A stretch of 28,645 nucleotides of DNA from a virus (Duplodnaviria > Caudoviricetes). The stretch spans positions 1 to 28,645 of the IMG/VR virus record IMGVR_UViG_3300038530_001755; one strand, 5' to 3'. How positions within the stretch are numbered: the first letter of the stretch is position 1; each line of letters starts with the position of its first letter. Under the pieces are notes generated by a model that saw only the letters and a list, made by a program, of their open reading frames with translations, made no database searches and was not told the DNA's origin. Position numbers and translations under genes: made by a program. Of the stretch, positions 16,690 through 25,599 are shown piece by piece.

Positions 16690-19600
16690 TGTCTTTAAAT
16701 TCTCAGCAAAGACTTTACGATCAAGTTTCTGAATACTATGATATTGGAGACTTTGAAACTTTTTCTAAAAAAATGCAAGATCCAAACTCTAGAAAGAGCT
16801 TGTATAATCAATTAGTAGATTTAAATTTTGAGTTACCTTCTTATGAGGAGTACGAACTTAAAATATCTTCTCCATCAAAAACAGTTAATTCAAATTCTGT
16901 TTTTATAGATCCAGATGAATTAAAAAAAAGTTCAGAGCCAGTTCCTTTAACTAGAATAAAAAACTTAACAGAAGCTTTAGATTATAATAAAAATAATCCA
17001 AGGTATATTATGTCTGCGGTTAAAGACCCAGATCCTGCAAAAAAAGTATTTAATTTATCTTCTAATGTACCAAAATTCGTTATGGGTATACCAACTTCGG
17101 AAATAGAAGGTATTGAAACAACACAAGAAGTATATGAACCTTCAGCTAAAGATTTAGCAATATTTGAAAGGGATAGACAATTTAAACAACAGATAGCTGA
17201 GTTAAAAAAGAATGAGGGACTAAGTGATTTAGATGCGTATTATAAAGTAAAAAGTAGGTATCAAGATGGTATGCCTAGTAGTGAAATATTTGCAAATGCT
17301 TTTGATTCATCTATTACTGGTTCTTTATTTAGAATATTTGGTATTGAAGTTCCAATGATGAAAGACGAAAAAGAATTAAAGTTATACCGAGAAATCTTAG
17401 AAAAAGATCCAAATTTATTATCTCATAATAAGTTTGAGCAATTAGCTTCAGGTGCTCTATCTTTAACTATGCCTGTTGATCAATTCTTATTTGCTTTTGG
17501 TGGAGGTCTTTCTAAATTAAAAGCTGTAGGTAAAAGTGCTGATAAAGTTGCTAACTTTATATCTAAAAAAACTAAGATACCAATAGGGCAAGCTAGAGTG
17601 TACGCTAAAAATGCACTTGAAAGAATTACAGGTGGTGCAGGTGGATTTGCGGCATTTGATGGTGCTAGAAGTATTGTATCTCAAGTTAGGGACACTGGAG
17701 AGGTAGATCCTTTGCAGGTAGTAGAAGAAACTGCTAAAGGTGCTGTTATTGGTAGTTTTACAAGCGGTTTAGGTTTAACAGGATCTGCACTTGGTAGTAA
17801 AACATTAGGTAAACCCGGTGAAAAAGCTTTTGGATTTACTGGCGAAGTGTTAGGTCTTGGAACTATATCTCCAATATTAGAAGGTCAAGTAGGATTTACA
17901 GATGAAAGTGAAATAAATTTAAGGACACCTGAGGGTAGGCAAAAAGCATTAGAAGGTTATTTTGATGCGGCTGGTACTATTATAGGGTTAAAGTTAATAA
18001 AAACTTTAAATCCTAACCTTTCTAACAATATGAGAAAAGCTCTTGCGGAAGATGCTATAAAAACTTCTGAGCGTACTGGTAAATCACTTACCGAAATAGC
18101 AAACGAGCAACAAAACAGAATAAAAAGTTCTGTAGAACTTGCTATTGAAAATAAATCACCTGTTAAGGCAAGCAAGGATTCTCCAATAGAATATAGACTT
18201 GCTCCCAGATTAGTAGAATCTTCTATATTAAAAGAAAGTCCAATAACAGAAATAACAAAAGAGGGTAAGCAAAAAGTAGTTGATGTAAAATTAGTACCAA
18301 GCGGTGAAATAAAAGTAGAAAAATCTGGTGTTAAACTAGAAGAGGTACAGAGAAAATCAAGAAATATAGAGCCTATATCTGAGGCTAATAAATTAGATTT
18401 TGAAAGAAGACAACTAGATAAAGAAATAGATAGATTGTCTAAGGATATGGATATTCTTGAAAAATCTCGTGCTAGACAAGAAATATTAGATGATATTCAA
18501 ATAGAAATAGACTCAAGAGTTCAGAGAAGAAACATTGTTGCAAATGCTTATGGTTTTGCTAAAAGACCTACTATTTTATCAGAAACTGCTATGGAAGCAA
18601 AGAAAAGTCCAACAACTGAGGATGTACAATTACAAATGCAAAGAAGGTCTAGATCTGAACAGCAAAGATTAGATAATTATTTAAAAGATAAAGATGCTTT
18701 GAATACTACTTTTAAGTCAGATCCAATGATGGAAGTTCCCTTACACCCAGCAGATGCAGGTAGGCAAGCAGTAAGAATTATAGAAATTGATGGTGCAAAA
18801 AGGTCAGTAGCTGAAGCACAGAATAAAATTAGACAAGGTGGTACTCAATTAGAGTTACTATTAGAATCAGCTAAGTTACAAACAGAACCTGTGAAAGCTA
18901 ATTCTTTTGTAGAAATTCCTATAAATCCTACAAAACAACCAGCTTCTGAAATACTTACACCTAAACCAGCTAAACAATTAGTAGAAAATTTACCTAACAA
19001 TAAAAAATTAAAAGGGTTTTTACTACAAAAAGAATATGCTGATTTAGATTTAACTATAAAAACAAATGAGCAAGCATTAAAGAGTGGTGGTTTAACTACA
19101 AAGCAAAGAGAAAGATTAGAAATATCTAATCAAAAAGCAAAAGAATTAAGAAGAGATGTACAAGAAAGAGCAGAGTCTGACGGTATAGAAATGCAAGCAT
19201 TTGCTGGTATACCAAATGTAAAATTATTAAGATCTATTGGTCGTTCTACTAAACGTATATTTAAAAAATTATTTGGTTCTAGCGATAAAATTCCAAAAAG
19301 ATATAGTGATGCTGAAATAGATAGATTATATAATAATGCCTTAGAAAGACTTAGTAATAAGGATAAGAATCAAGAAACAATATCTGATAAAAAATTTGAA
19401 AAAGTTGAACTACCTGTAAAAGAAGAAAGAGGTTGGTTTGACAAATATATTTACTCCAATACACTTGTAAATATGATGGATAGAGCTGGAAGAGTAAATA
19501 CTGAAACATCAAAACTTGTTAGAGATTTAGGATATGAAGCAACTGATGTGACTAAAAAAGTAGGTGGTCAATTAGCACCCTATCTTGATAAAGTTTTAAC

Positions 19601-21908
19601 ATTAAGTGGTAAAGGATATGGCAAAGAGTTTGAAGCAACTACATCATTATCAAAGTTTGAATTAGTAGAAATTGGTGGTAATAAAATATTACAAAATAGA
19701 GCACATGCCGCTATTGAAGGTAAGATACCATTAAATGAATTATCTAAAACTGAAGTTAAAATTGTTGAATCTCTTCGTGATTTAATTGAGGCTAGGGGTA
19801 AAATATTTGAAGATTATAATATATATACAGAAGGTAAAGATGGAGTTCCCAGACCTTTTAAAGTTATGGGTAGAGAAATAGCACCAAGAATTATGTCTTC
19901 TGAATTTTATAGAATTATGGAACAGGGAGAAGGTACACCTGATTTTAATTTATTTATAAAGGAATTTTCAAAAGCAACTGGTGCACCTAAAGAAAATGTT
20001 CTTGATTATTTTTCAGATTTTAAAGATAATTTTTCTGGTGCTTCTAATGAAAAACCTACAAGAACTACACAGGTAGAACATAGTAGAAAATGGAAAAACA
20101 TACCCCATGCTTTAGAAATAAAAGGAGATATAGTTCCACTTATTGAACATAGACCTTTTGAGTATGCTAGGAGATTATCTCAAACTGGAGCATCTAGAAT
20201 AGGTGTAGCTAGTGTATTTGGTCAAGAAATAAATGGAACTAGTAAAATAAATGAATATAAAGAAAGAATAAGAAAAGAATTAGGTGATGTACAACCTTTT
20301 CATGAAATGGTTCGTGCTTTAAGTGGTGCTCCTGTTGAAGCATCTTATGCAAATGTTATTGGTACTAATCAAAGAGTATTAAGGATAGCAAGATCCATGC
20401 TTGGTGGTATAAAATCGTTAAACCTTTCAGTGTCTAGTGTACCTAATGTTTTTGAACCTTTAGGAATTACAGCTAGGTATGGTGGTTCAACATCAGTTAT
20501 AAGAGCTATGAAAAATTTAGGATTAAGCTCAAAAAAAGCAGAAGTAAAAGCATTAGAAGAGTATTTATATAGATTAGGTGCTTTTACTAAAGATGTAGCT
20601 AATTTTTCTTTAGACCCTACTAGACCGATCTCATCTAGAATACAAAGATTATCTGAAGGAGCTGGTTTTTTATTTGGTTATAGACAAATAAATGAAATGA
20701 ATGAAAAAACAGCGGCTATTATTGCTTTTGATAATGTAGAGCGTTGGAAGTCAGGTAAGAAAAGAAAAGGAGATGTTGATAGAACTAGAGAGTTTGGTAA
20801 TTTTACTAGAGAGCAAGCTGAACTTATGGTATCTGGAAAAGCACCTCAAGAGTTATATGATAGATATATTAGAATGTCGCCTGCAAAAATAGTTATGAGT
20901 GCACAGCAACCTGCTGAAAGATCAAGGTTAGAATTAAATAGAATTTTTAATGAATCTGTTGCTTTTGAAACCTATGCTCAAGGTAGAGCTAGGCAGTTAG
21001 CAAAGTTATTATCAACAATGAATGAAATTAAGCGTGAAGCAACTGCTGAAAAGCAATATAGTAAATTTTTAGATATATCTAGAAATATAACTAGTGAAGT
21101 ATTTAGGTCTACTGGAATAGGTGCAGGAGTTCAGGTTATTTTAGCGGGTTTATATGGCGGTTATGATAATCTGGTAATTAAAAGTAAAGAAATAATTGAT
21201 GATCCTTTTAGGTTTGCTGTTTATAGTTGGATGTACACATCTATAGGAGGTGTTTATGGAAGAATATTACAATCTACAGCGGGTGCTCAAGAAAGTATTG
21301 TAGATTCTTTTTACCCATATACTATAATGAGAGAGCTTTATCAAGCTACAACTGGTACAGGAAGATACACTTATGAAGATGCTTATGGTAGATATAAAAA
21401 ATTACAAAATAGATTTTTTCCAGCGGGTAGAGTTGGTGATCATTTTAAAGTTTATTTTGGTTTTGCAGACCCTCAAGAATTAAAAAATACAAATGCCATA
21501 AAAGCTTATCATAGATGGAAATTTCAAAATAAATATGGTGGTACATATACATCTAATCCTGATGAAGAAATAATTGAATTTAGAAAAGCTATGAAAAAAG
21601 CTTATGAATCTTTAAGAGAAACAGGTACGGTATATGAAGCTAAAAGAATAGCTGATAATTATATATTTAAAACAGCAACAGATAAAGGTAAAATTGCTCA
21701 GTCTATTTTAGGAAAAAGATTGTTGGAAAAATCAAGAATAGCACCCGGAAAATCAGATCAAGTATTTCAAGATAGAAAATCAGCTTTAAAAAGAAGAATT
21801 GGAGAAGATGCCTATGAAAGACTAAAAAGGCATGATGCTTTAATGGTTGAATTAGCTGAGCTTTATGGTAGTAGATCTAATAATAGAAGAACGAGAAGAA
21901 GTCGTTAA
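16689..21908 (+). CDS. Large internal virion/ejection protein
   Basis: 1739 aa, mostly helical with Gly/Ala-rich hydrophobic segments; last gene of the virion operon; TAATG-coupled. Confidence 0.65.
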   Translation: MSLNSQQRLYDQVSEYYDIGDFETFSKKMQDPNSRKSLYNQLVDLNFELPSYEEYELKISSPSKTVNSNSVFIDPDELKKSSEPVPLTRIKNLTEALDYNKNNPRYIMSAVKDPDPAKKVFNLSSNVPKFVMGIPTSEIEGIETTQEVYEPSAKDLAIFERDRQFKQQIAELKKNEGLSDLDAYYKVKSRYQDGMPSSEIFANAFDSSITGSLFRIFGIEVPMMKDEKELKLYREILEKDPNLLSHNKFEQLASGALSLTMPVDQFLFAFGGGLSKLKAVGKSADKVANFISKKTKIPIGQARVYAKNALERITGGAGGFAAFDGARSIVSQVRDTGEVDPLQVVEETAKGAVIGSFTSGLGLTGSALGSKTLGKPGEKAFGFTGEVLGLGTISPILEGQVGFTDESEINLRTPEGRQKALEGYFDAAGTIIGLKLIKTLNPNLSNNMRKALAEDAIKTSERTGKSLTEIANEQQNRIKSSVELAIENKSPVKASKDSPIEYRLAPRLVESSILKESPITEITKEGKQKVVDVKLVPSGEIKVEKSGVKLEEVQRKSRNIEPISEANKLDFERRQLDKEIDRLSKDMDILEKSRARQEILDDIQIEIDSRVQRRNIVANAYGFAKRPTILSETAMEAKKSPTTEDVQLQMQRRSRSEQQRLDNYLKDKDALNTTFKSDPMMEVPLHPADAGRQAVRIIEIDGAKRSVAEAQNKIRQGGTQLELLLESAKLQTEPVKANSFVEIPINPTKQPASEILTPKPAKQLVENLPNNKKLKGFLLQKEYADLDLTIKTNEQALKSGGLTTKQRERLEISNQKAKELRRDVQERAESDGIEMQAFAGIPNVKLLRSIGRSTKRIFKKLFGSSDKIPKRYSDAEIDRLYNNALERLSNKDKNQETISDKKFEKVELPVKEERGWFDKYIYSNTLVNMMDRAGRVNTETSKLVRDLGYEATDVTKKVGGQLAPYLDKVLTLSGKGYGKEFEATTSLSKFELVEIGGNKILQNRAHAAIEGKIPLNELSKTEVKIVESLRDLIEARGKIFEDYNIYTEGKDGVPRPFKVMGREIAPRIMSSEFYRIMEQGEGTPDFNLFIKEFSKATGAPKENVLDYFSDFKDNFSGASNEKPTRTTQVEHSRKWKNIPHALEIKGDIVPLIEHRPFEYARRLSQTGASRIGVASVFGQEINGTSKINEYKERIRKELGDVQPFHEMVRALSGAPVEASYANVIGTNQRVLRIARSMLGGIKSLNLSVSSVPNVFEPLGITARYGGSTSVIRAMKNLGLSSKKAEVKALEEYLYRLGAFTKDVANFSLDPTRPISSRIQRLSEGAGFLFGYRQINEMNEKTAAIIAFDNVERWKSGKKRKGDVDRTREFGNFTREQAELMVSGKAPQELYDRYIRMSPAKIVMSAQQPAERSRLELNRIFNESVAFETYAQGRARQLAKLLSTMNEIKREATAEKQYSKFLDISRNITSEVFRSTGIGAGVQVILAGLYGGYDNLVIKSKEIIDDPFRFAVYSWMYTSIGGVYGRILQSTAGAQESIVDSFYPYTIMRELYQATTGTGRYTYEDAYGRYKKLQNRFFPAGRVGDHFKVYFGFADPQELKNTNAIKAYHRWKFQNKYGGTYTSNPDEEIIEFRKAMKKAYESLRETGTVYEAKRIADNYIFKTATDKGKIAQSILGKRLLEKSRIAPGKSDQVFQDRKSALKRRIGEDAYERLKRHDALMVELAELYGSRSNNRRTRRSR

Positions 21909-21911
21909 ATT

Positions 21912-22160
21912 TTAATCTTCTACTTTAAGTAAAGCTTCTTTAGCATACTCAGGTTCTCCTACCTCATTCCAAAATTCAGCTAGTTTTGTGTAATACTCAT
22001 TAAAATCTATAACTCGATTTATACACAGACCTATTAGATTAGTTAATTTCTTTCTTTCTTTATCTGTAAGTTGCTCACTATCAGGTATGATCGTATCATC
22101 ACTAAAATAATTCCACTTTATACTTTTTCTTTCTTGTGGGTAATCATCTAATATATCCAT
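21912..22160 (-). CDS. Hypothetical protein
   Basis: 82 aa; RBS AGGAG. Confidence 0.7.
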   Translation of the reverse strand: MDILDDYPQERKSIKWNYFSDDTIIPDSEQLTDKERKKLTNLIGLCINRVIDFNEYYTKLAEFWNEVGEPEYAKEALLKVED

Positions 22161-22161
22161 T

Positions 22162-22401
22162 CTAACTCCTATTTGTTTTTAATATTTGATATTCTTCTCT
22201 TTTAGCTTTGGTAAAATTATTTCTTTTACCTTTAGACATCTTCATCCAGCACTCATCTAATGCTTCTACTCTAGTATCAAACCCTGATGACACACCACAA
22301 AACAATCTATCTGTATCATCATAATCCTCAATATATGGATTCCACTTAGATTTAGTACAAAAAGCACACACTTTGTTTAATATCGTACAAAATTCAAACA
22401 T
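22162..22401 (-). CDS. Cys-rich hypothetical protein
   Basis: 79 aa with five Cys (C-x6-CxxC...CG...CW); packs tightly against the downstream gene. Confidence 0.65.
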   Translation of the reverse strand: MFEFCTILNKVCAFCTKSKWNPYIEDYDDTDRLFCGVSSGFDTRVEALDECWMKMSKGKRNNFTKAKREEYQILKTNRS

Positions 22402-22483
22402 TAAAGAAAAAAAGTGCCCCTAGGATGCCGTATTTAGCCGTAAAAAAAGTTTTTTGATATAAGTATCGCTTAATTATTTTATT

Positions 22484-22508
22484 AATAAAAAGGGGGCACT
22501 AGCCCCCT
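22484..22508 (-). terminator. Intrinsic terminator after the 70-aa SSB-like gene
   Basis: Minus strand AGGGGGC-TAGT-GCCCCCT followed by TTTTATT. Confidence 0.75.
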
Positions 22509-22532
22509 CATTATTAAACAAGACTGAAAACC

Positions 22533-22745
22533 CTAGAAAGGGCTGTCTTTTTTCTTGTAAGGCTCACTGATAGACCCAGATAAGTATCTTTTTCCATTCT
22601 TATCTTCATTAATCCACATGGAAACTTGTTTTTCTTCTCCATTGATTAATCCAGTACCAGTGTAATCAGGCTTCTTATCGCCTTCCTTTTTGTAATCATT
22701 CTTCCAAAGCTTGAAAGACTGATCTTTTTGTTTGTATTCAGCCAT
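22533..22745 (-). CDS. DUF736-like small ssDNA-binding protein
   Basis: LWKN..K..DKKPDYTG...SMW...GKRYLSG motifs; ends KDSPF; RBS AAGGAG. Confidence 0.7.
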   Translation of the reverse strand: MAEYKQKDQSFKLWKNDYKKEGDKKPDYTGTGLINGEEKQVSMWINEDKNGKRYLSGSISEPYKKKDSPF

Positions 22746-22764
22746 GCTGTTTTCTCCTTATTAT

Positions 22765-22845
22765 AAGATGGTCTACTTTATTTTTAGTTCGCCAACCAAT
22801 TTCATTTAAAAGCTCTTCTTTCAAATTTATAAAGCAGACCACCTT
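22765..22845 (-). ncRNA. Candidate structured leader RNA (three-way junction)
   Basis: 17-bp closing stem with two G-U pairs enclosing 9-bp and 6-bp hairpins. Confidence 0.55.
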
Positions 22846-22857
22846 GTTTGTTAACAA

Positions 22858-23184
22858 TTAGTCTGCCATCTCTTTCATTATAGATAGCATATTTAAAAAG
22901 TATTCATAGTCTAATACGATATAAGGCTTACCCCTATCTTCTCTAACTACAACTCCCTCTTCATCTTTTTCAGGTTTAAGCCATTTAGCAATACGAGTTC
23001 TTCTTTTGCACCCATACCAATGACCTTCAATCTCTATATCGCCTTGCTCATGTTGTGCACCACCTCTATCACGATTAAATGCCTCTAGTCCTAAATTTTT
23101 TGCCATGCGTACAGCTTGTCTTTGTAGTTCTGCTCCACGCTGTCTAGCCCTTCTACCTCTTCTTACATTTTCTTTATTCTTCAT
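22858..23184 (-). CDS. Holliday-junction-resolvase-like PD-(D/E)XK protein, atypical active site
   Basis: RGRRARQRGAELQR, GDIEI, YGCKRR and VVVREDRG motifs. Confidence 0.6.
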   Translation of the reverse strand: MKNKENVRRGRRARQRGAELQRQAVRMAKNLGLEAFNRDRGGAQHEQGDIEIEGHWYGCKRRTRIAKWLKPEKDEEGVVVREDRGKPYIVLDYEYFLNMLSIMKEMAD

Positions 23185-23432
23185 TCACATACCTCGCCAT
23201 ATATTGTAGAAGTCTCTTCATGCTCTCTATTTAGCATTGCTTCTTCTATCTTATTATTCATGTCTGATTTAATTTTTTTAAGGTCTTTTAATAACATTTC
23301 GTAAGGTTTTCTCCAATCAGCACTATCTTGAAATGGTATCTCTATCTTGATTAGGTTTTGTAATGCGTTTATCATAAGCTCTACTTCTTGCTGTGAGAAC
23401 TTAATATTTGCTACACACTTTTGTTTTTTCAT
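23181..23432 (-). CDS. Hypothetical protein
   Basis: 83 aa; ATGA overlaps at both ends. Confidence 0.7.
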   Translation of the reverse strand: MKKQKCVANIKFSQQEVELMINALQNLIKIEIPFQDSADWRKPYEMLLKDLKKIKSDMNNKIEEAMLNREHEETSTIYGEVCE

Positions 23433-23881
23433 AATATACTATCCTTAACTAATTCTTTTATTTTATTACTATACATATATAAATCTTTTTTAGGTGCTAG
23501 GTAAGCAAGTTTACTTATATCATCTCCCTCACCAATAAATTCTACTAGATTATAATCTTCAAATTCAACCATTTCTTTTAATCTTTCTAGTGTGATCCAT
23601 ACTATTTCTGTTTCGTCTAAATGAAATACCCACCAATCAGCGGTAGTAGTTTGTAATCCCGATGGTCTGTTATTCATTTCCATTTCTATAACTACGTTAC
23701 CAGTATATTGTGATTTAAAATCTTTCTTCACTTCTATTGTTTTATCTATTTCAGGTATCATTATATCATACTCTTTATGATACCCTTCTTTGATATATGC
23801 TTTAGGATATTTATTTTGCACCATTTTTAATATAATATTCTCGGATTGTTTACCACTTAATAAAGAGTCATTGAACTTCAT
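23429..23881 (-). CDS. PD-(D/E)XK restriction-endonuclease-like nuclease
   Basis: GKQSE...YDIMI...IEVKKD...TGNVVIE...PSGL..T.ADWW. Confidence 0.75.
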   Translation of the reverse strand: MKFNDSLLSGKQSENIILKMVQNKYPKAYIKEGYHKEYDIMIPEIDKTIEVKKDFKSQYTGNVVIEMEMNNRPSGLQTTTADWWVFHLDETEIVWITLERLKEMVEFEDYNLVEFIGEGDDISKLAYLAPKKDLYMYSNKIKELVKDSIL

Positions 23882-24357
23882 TAGAATGGTACTTCCGCAG
23901 GTTTCTGTAATTGAATTGTTCTACATACTGGGTAAGCTATCTCAGAATCCAAATCATTTATAAAACGTTTCATAAATACATCTATCAATACAACAGCACC
24001 TTTTATATCATTCAGGTATAGGAAAGGCAGTTGCCCACCTTCCCTATCCTTTTTGCGAAGTCCCATAACGGACAAGAATTTTGCAAAGCCCCAGTTCTTA
24101 CTATGATCATATAGTGAATCGCCTACCTTCTTATATCTGAAAATGCCATTATCTATCACAGAGCAACCATCGTATTGGGGATGACTTTCTTTGTCAATAG
24201 TATACACTGGTTTAAATATATCAGCAATATGTTTGCCAAACCTGACATTCTCAGATATAGAAAGATCTGTTATCACAGCAGTATATCTGCCTTTTGGTAC
24301 AGAAAGTCTATTATCATCCAAATCACTTGGATAGTAAGCATCCCCAATGTCAACCAT
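23881..24357 (-). CDS. Putative ssDNA-binding protein (DUF669-like)
   Basis: VPKGRYTAVI motif; C-terminal AEVPF; next to the exonuclease module. Confidence 0.55.
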   Translation of the reverse strand: MVDIGDAYYPSDLDDNRLSVPKGRYTAVITDLSISENVRFGKHIADIFKPVYTIDKESHPQYDGCSVIDNGIFRYKKVGDSLYDHSKNWGFAKFLSVMGLRKKDREGGQLPFLYLNDIKGAVVLIDVFMKRFINDLDSEIAYPVCRTIQLQKPAEVPF

Positions 24358-24358
24358 A

Positions 24359-24766
24359 CTATCCCTTCTTTAGTACTTCTATTCTGTCTAGGCATGCTTG
24401 CAGATTATCTGTATTGATTTTACCATCCCTAAGTCTAGCCATAACGATGTTCTTATTTTTTCTGTCAAGACCAACAGCCGCTTTCTCTATTGTATCTGCA
24501 ATGTATTTATCAGTATCTACTTCTTCCCCATCAAATGTATCTTTTACTTTTTCTACTATCTGTCCATTGCTCATAGCTCTAGTCTTATGGTCATCTAGTA
24601 TATCTTTTATACCATCGTAACCATGTATCACAAACTGCACCCATTTCTCCATAGTCTTCATGTTATCAGCATTGAGTTCCATGCCCTTACTGAAAGCTTC
24701 TACGGCTATACCATGTCTTATTTTACCTTCAGTTATTTTATCCCAATCAGGTTTTTTTTCGCTCAT
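24359..24766 (-). CDS. Hypothetical recombination-module protein
   Basis: Start at ATG 24766 (ATGA overlap, AAGGA RBS); PDWDKITEGKIRHG motif. Confidence 0.65.
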   Translation of the reverse strand: MSEKKPDWDKITEGKIRHGIAVEAFSKGMELNADNMKTMEKWVQFVIHGYDGIKDILDDHKTRAMSNGQIVEKVKDTFDGEEVDTDKYIADTIEKAAVGLDRKNKNIVMARLRDGKINTDNLQACLDRIEVLKKG

Positions 24767-25488
24767 AGGTCTGTTCCTTTCTCTTTTAGTCCACCCCCAC
24801 ATACTTCATAGAAGTTGCAGTATTTGATATTGCACTCCCATTTATACACTGGTGCAATACCAAGCTCTATAGGTGGATTGCCTCTCTTGAAGCGTTGTTT
24901 AACATCATACCAATATTCTTTTGCTTTATCTATATAAGATATCGGTATTCTTTTTTCTCTCATTTTACTATTGTCTTTGTTATAATATAATAACGCAAGT
25001 TTCTTTAATTTGTTCCCCGAATCTTCTTCGTACCACCATCCGTATGTTCCGAGTTGTAAATTATAATTTATAGCTGGGTTTGGATCAGGATTCCTACCAA
25101 ACAAACCTCGCCACTTCCAAGCATTGCAAGTCTTTATATCTACTAGTGTAGCATCTTCTACTAATAGTAAATCCATAAAACCCCTGACATTTACATCAGG
25201 TAATTGTATCTCTCTTTCTATCATAACCTGAGCACCATTCTTATCTGCATAATCTCTTACTGCATCTTGTATATCATTATGTACTAAGTCTCCTAGTCTG
25301 AATAATCTCATAGTATCGTCATTAACTGGCTTAGGTTCTATCCCTGCTACATGTTGAAAATAATGTTTACGCATACACATTCCTGATGCTGATGCATGAA
25401 ACCATTCTTGTTTATTCTCATATCTTTTTCTGTAATGCAATTCATTTTCAGAACGCAACCATTCGTCATAAACTTTTTGTATGTCCAC
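24763..25488 (-). CDS. Cas4-like / RecB-family PD-(D/E)XK exonuclease
   Basis: HASASGMCMRK, G.LVH, GFMD, VDIKT, QLGTY, and C-terminal C-x4-C-x5-C; 1+3 Cys Fe-S pattern; GTG start with AAGGA RBS. Confidence 0.85.
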   Translation of the reverse strand: MDIQKVYDEWLRSENELHYRKRYENKQEWFHASASGMCMRKHYFQHVAGIEPKPVNDDTMRLFRLGDLVHNDIQDAVRDYADKNGAQVMIEREIQLPDVNVRGFMDLLLVEDATLVDIKTCNAWKWRGLFGRNPDPNPAINYNLQLGTYGWWYEEDSGNKLKKLALLYYNKDNSKMREKRIPISYIDKAKEYWYDVKQRFKRGNPPIELGIAPVYKWECNIKYCNFYEVCGGGLKEKGTDL

Positions 25489-25515
25489 TATATTATATCC
25501 TTTGGTATGTGAGGA

Positions 25516-25599
25516 GAAGGGGATAGCCTATACATGACGTTGTTTAAGAGAGGTTGGTAAACAAGAAGGACAATAAAACCAACCGAAACTACCCCCTTC
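25516..25599 (-). ncRNA. Candidate structured RNA upstream of the Cas4-like gene
   Basis: 14-bp closing stem with three G-U pairs, inner GGTTGGT/ACCAACC stem and pyrimidine-rich loop. Confidence 0.55.

Noticed and set aside
1982-18175. Minus-strand ORFs within the virion operon (1982-2230, 2058-2264, 5608-5808, 6078-6272, 7107-7373, 8145-8847, 10112-11187, 14317-14622, 17957-18175)
   Set aside because: Antisense shadows of well-supported + strand genes.
16689-21908. Virion RNA polymerase or tape measure identity for the 1739-aa protein
   Set aside because: No DxDGD-type motif seen; no tail tube or sheath genes, and its place after a nozzle gene fits an ejection protein.
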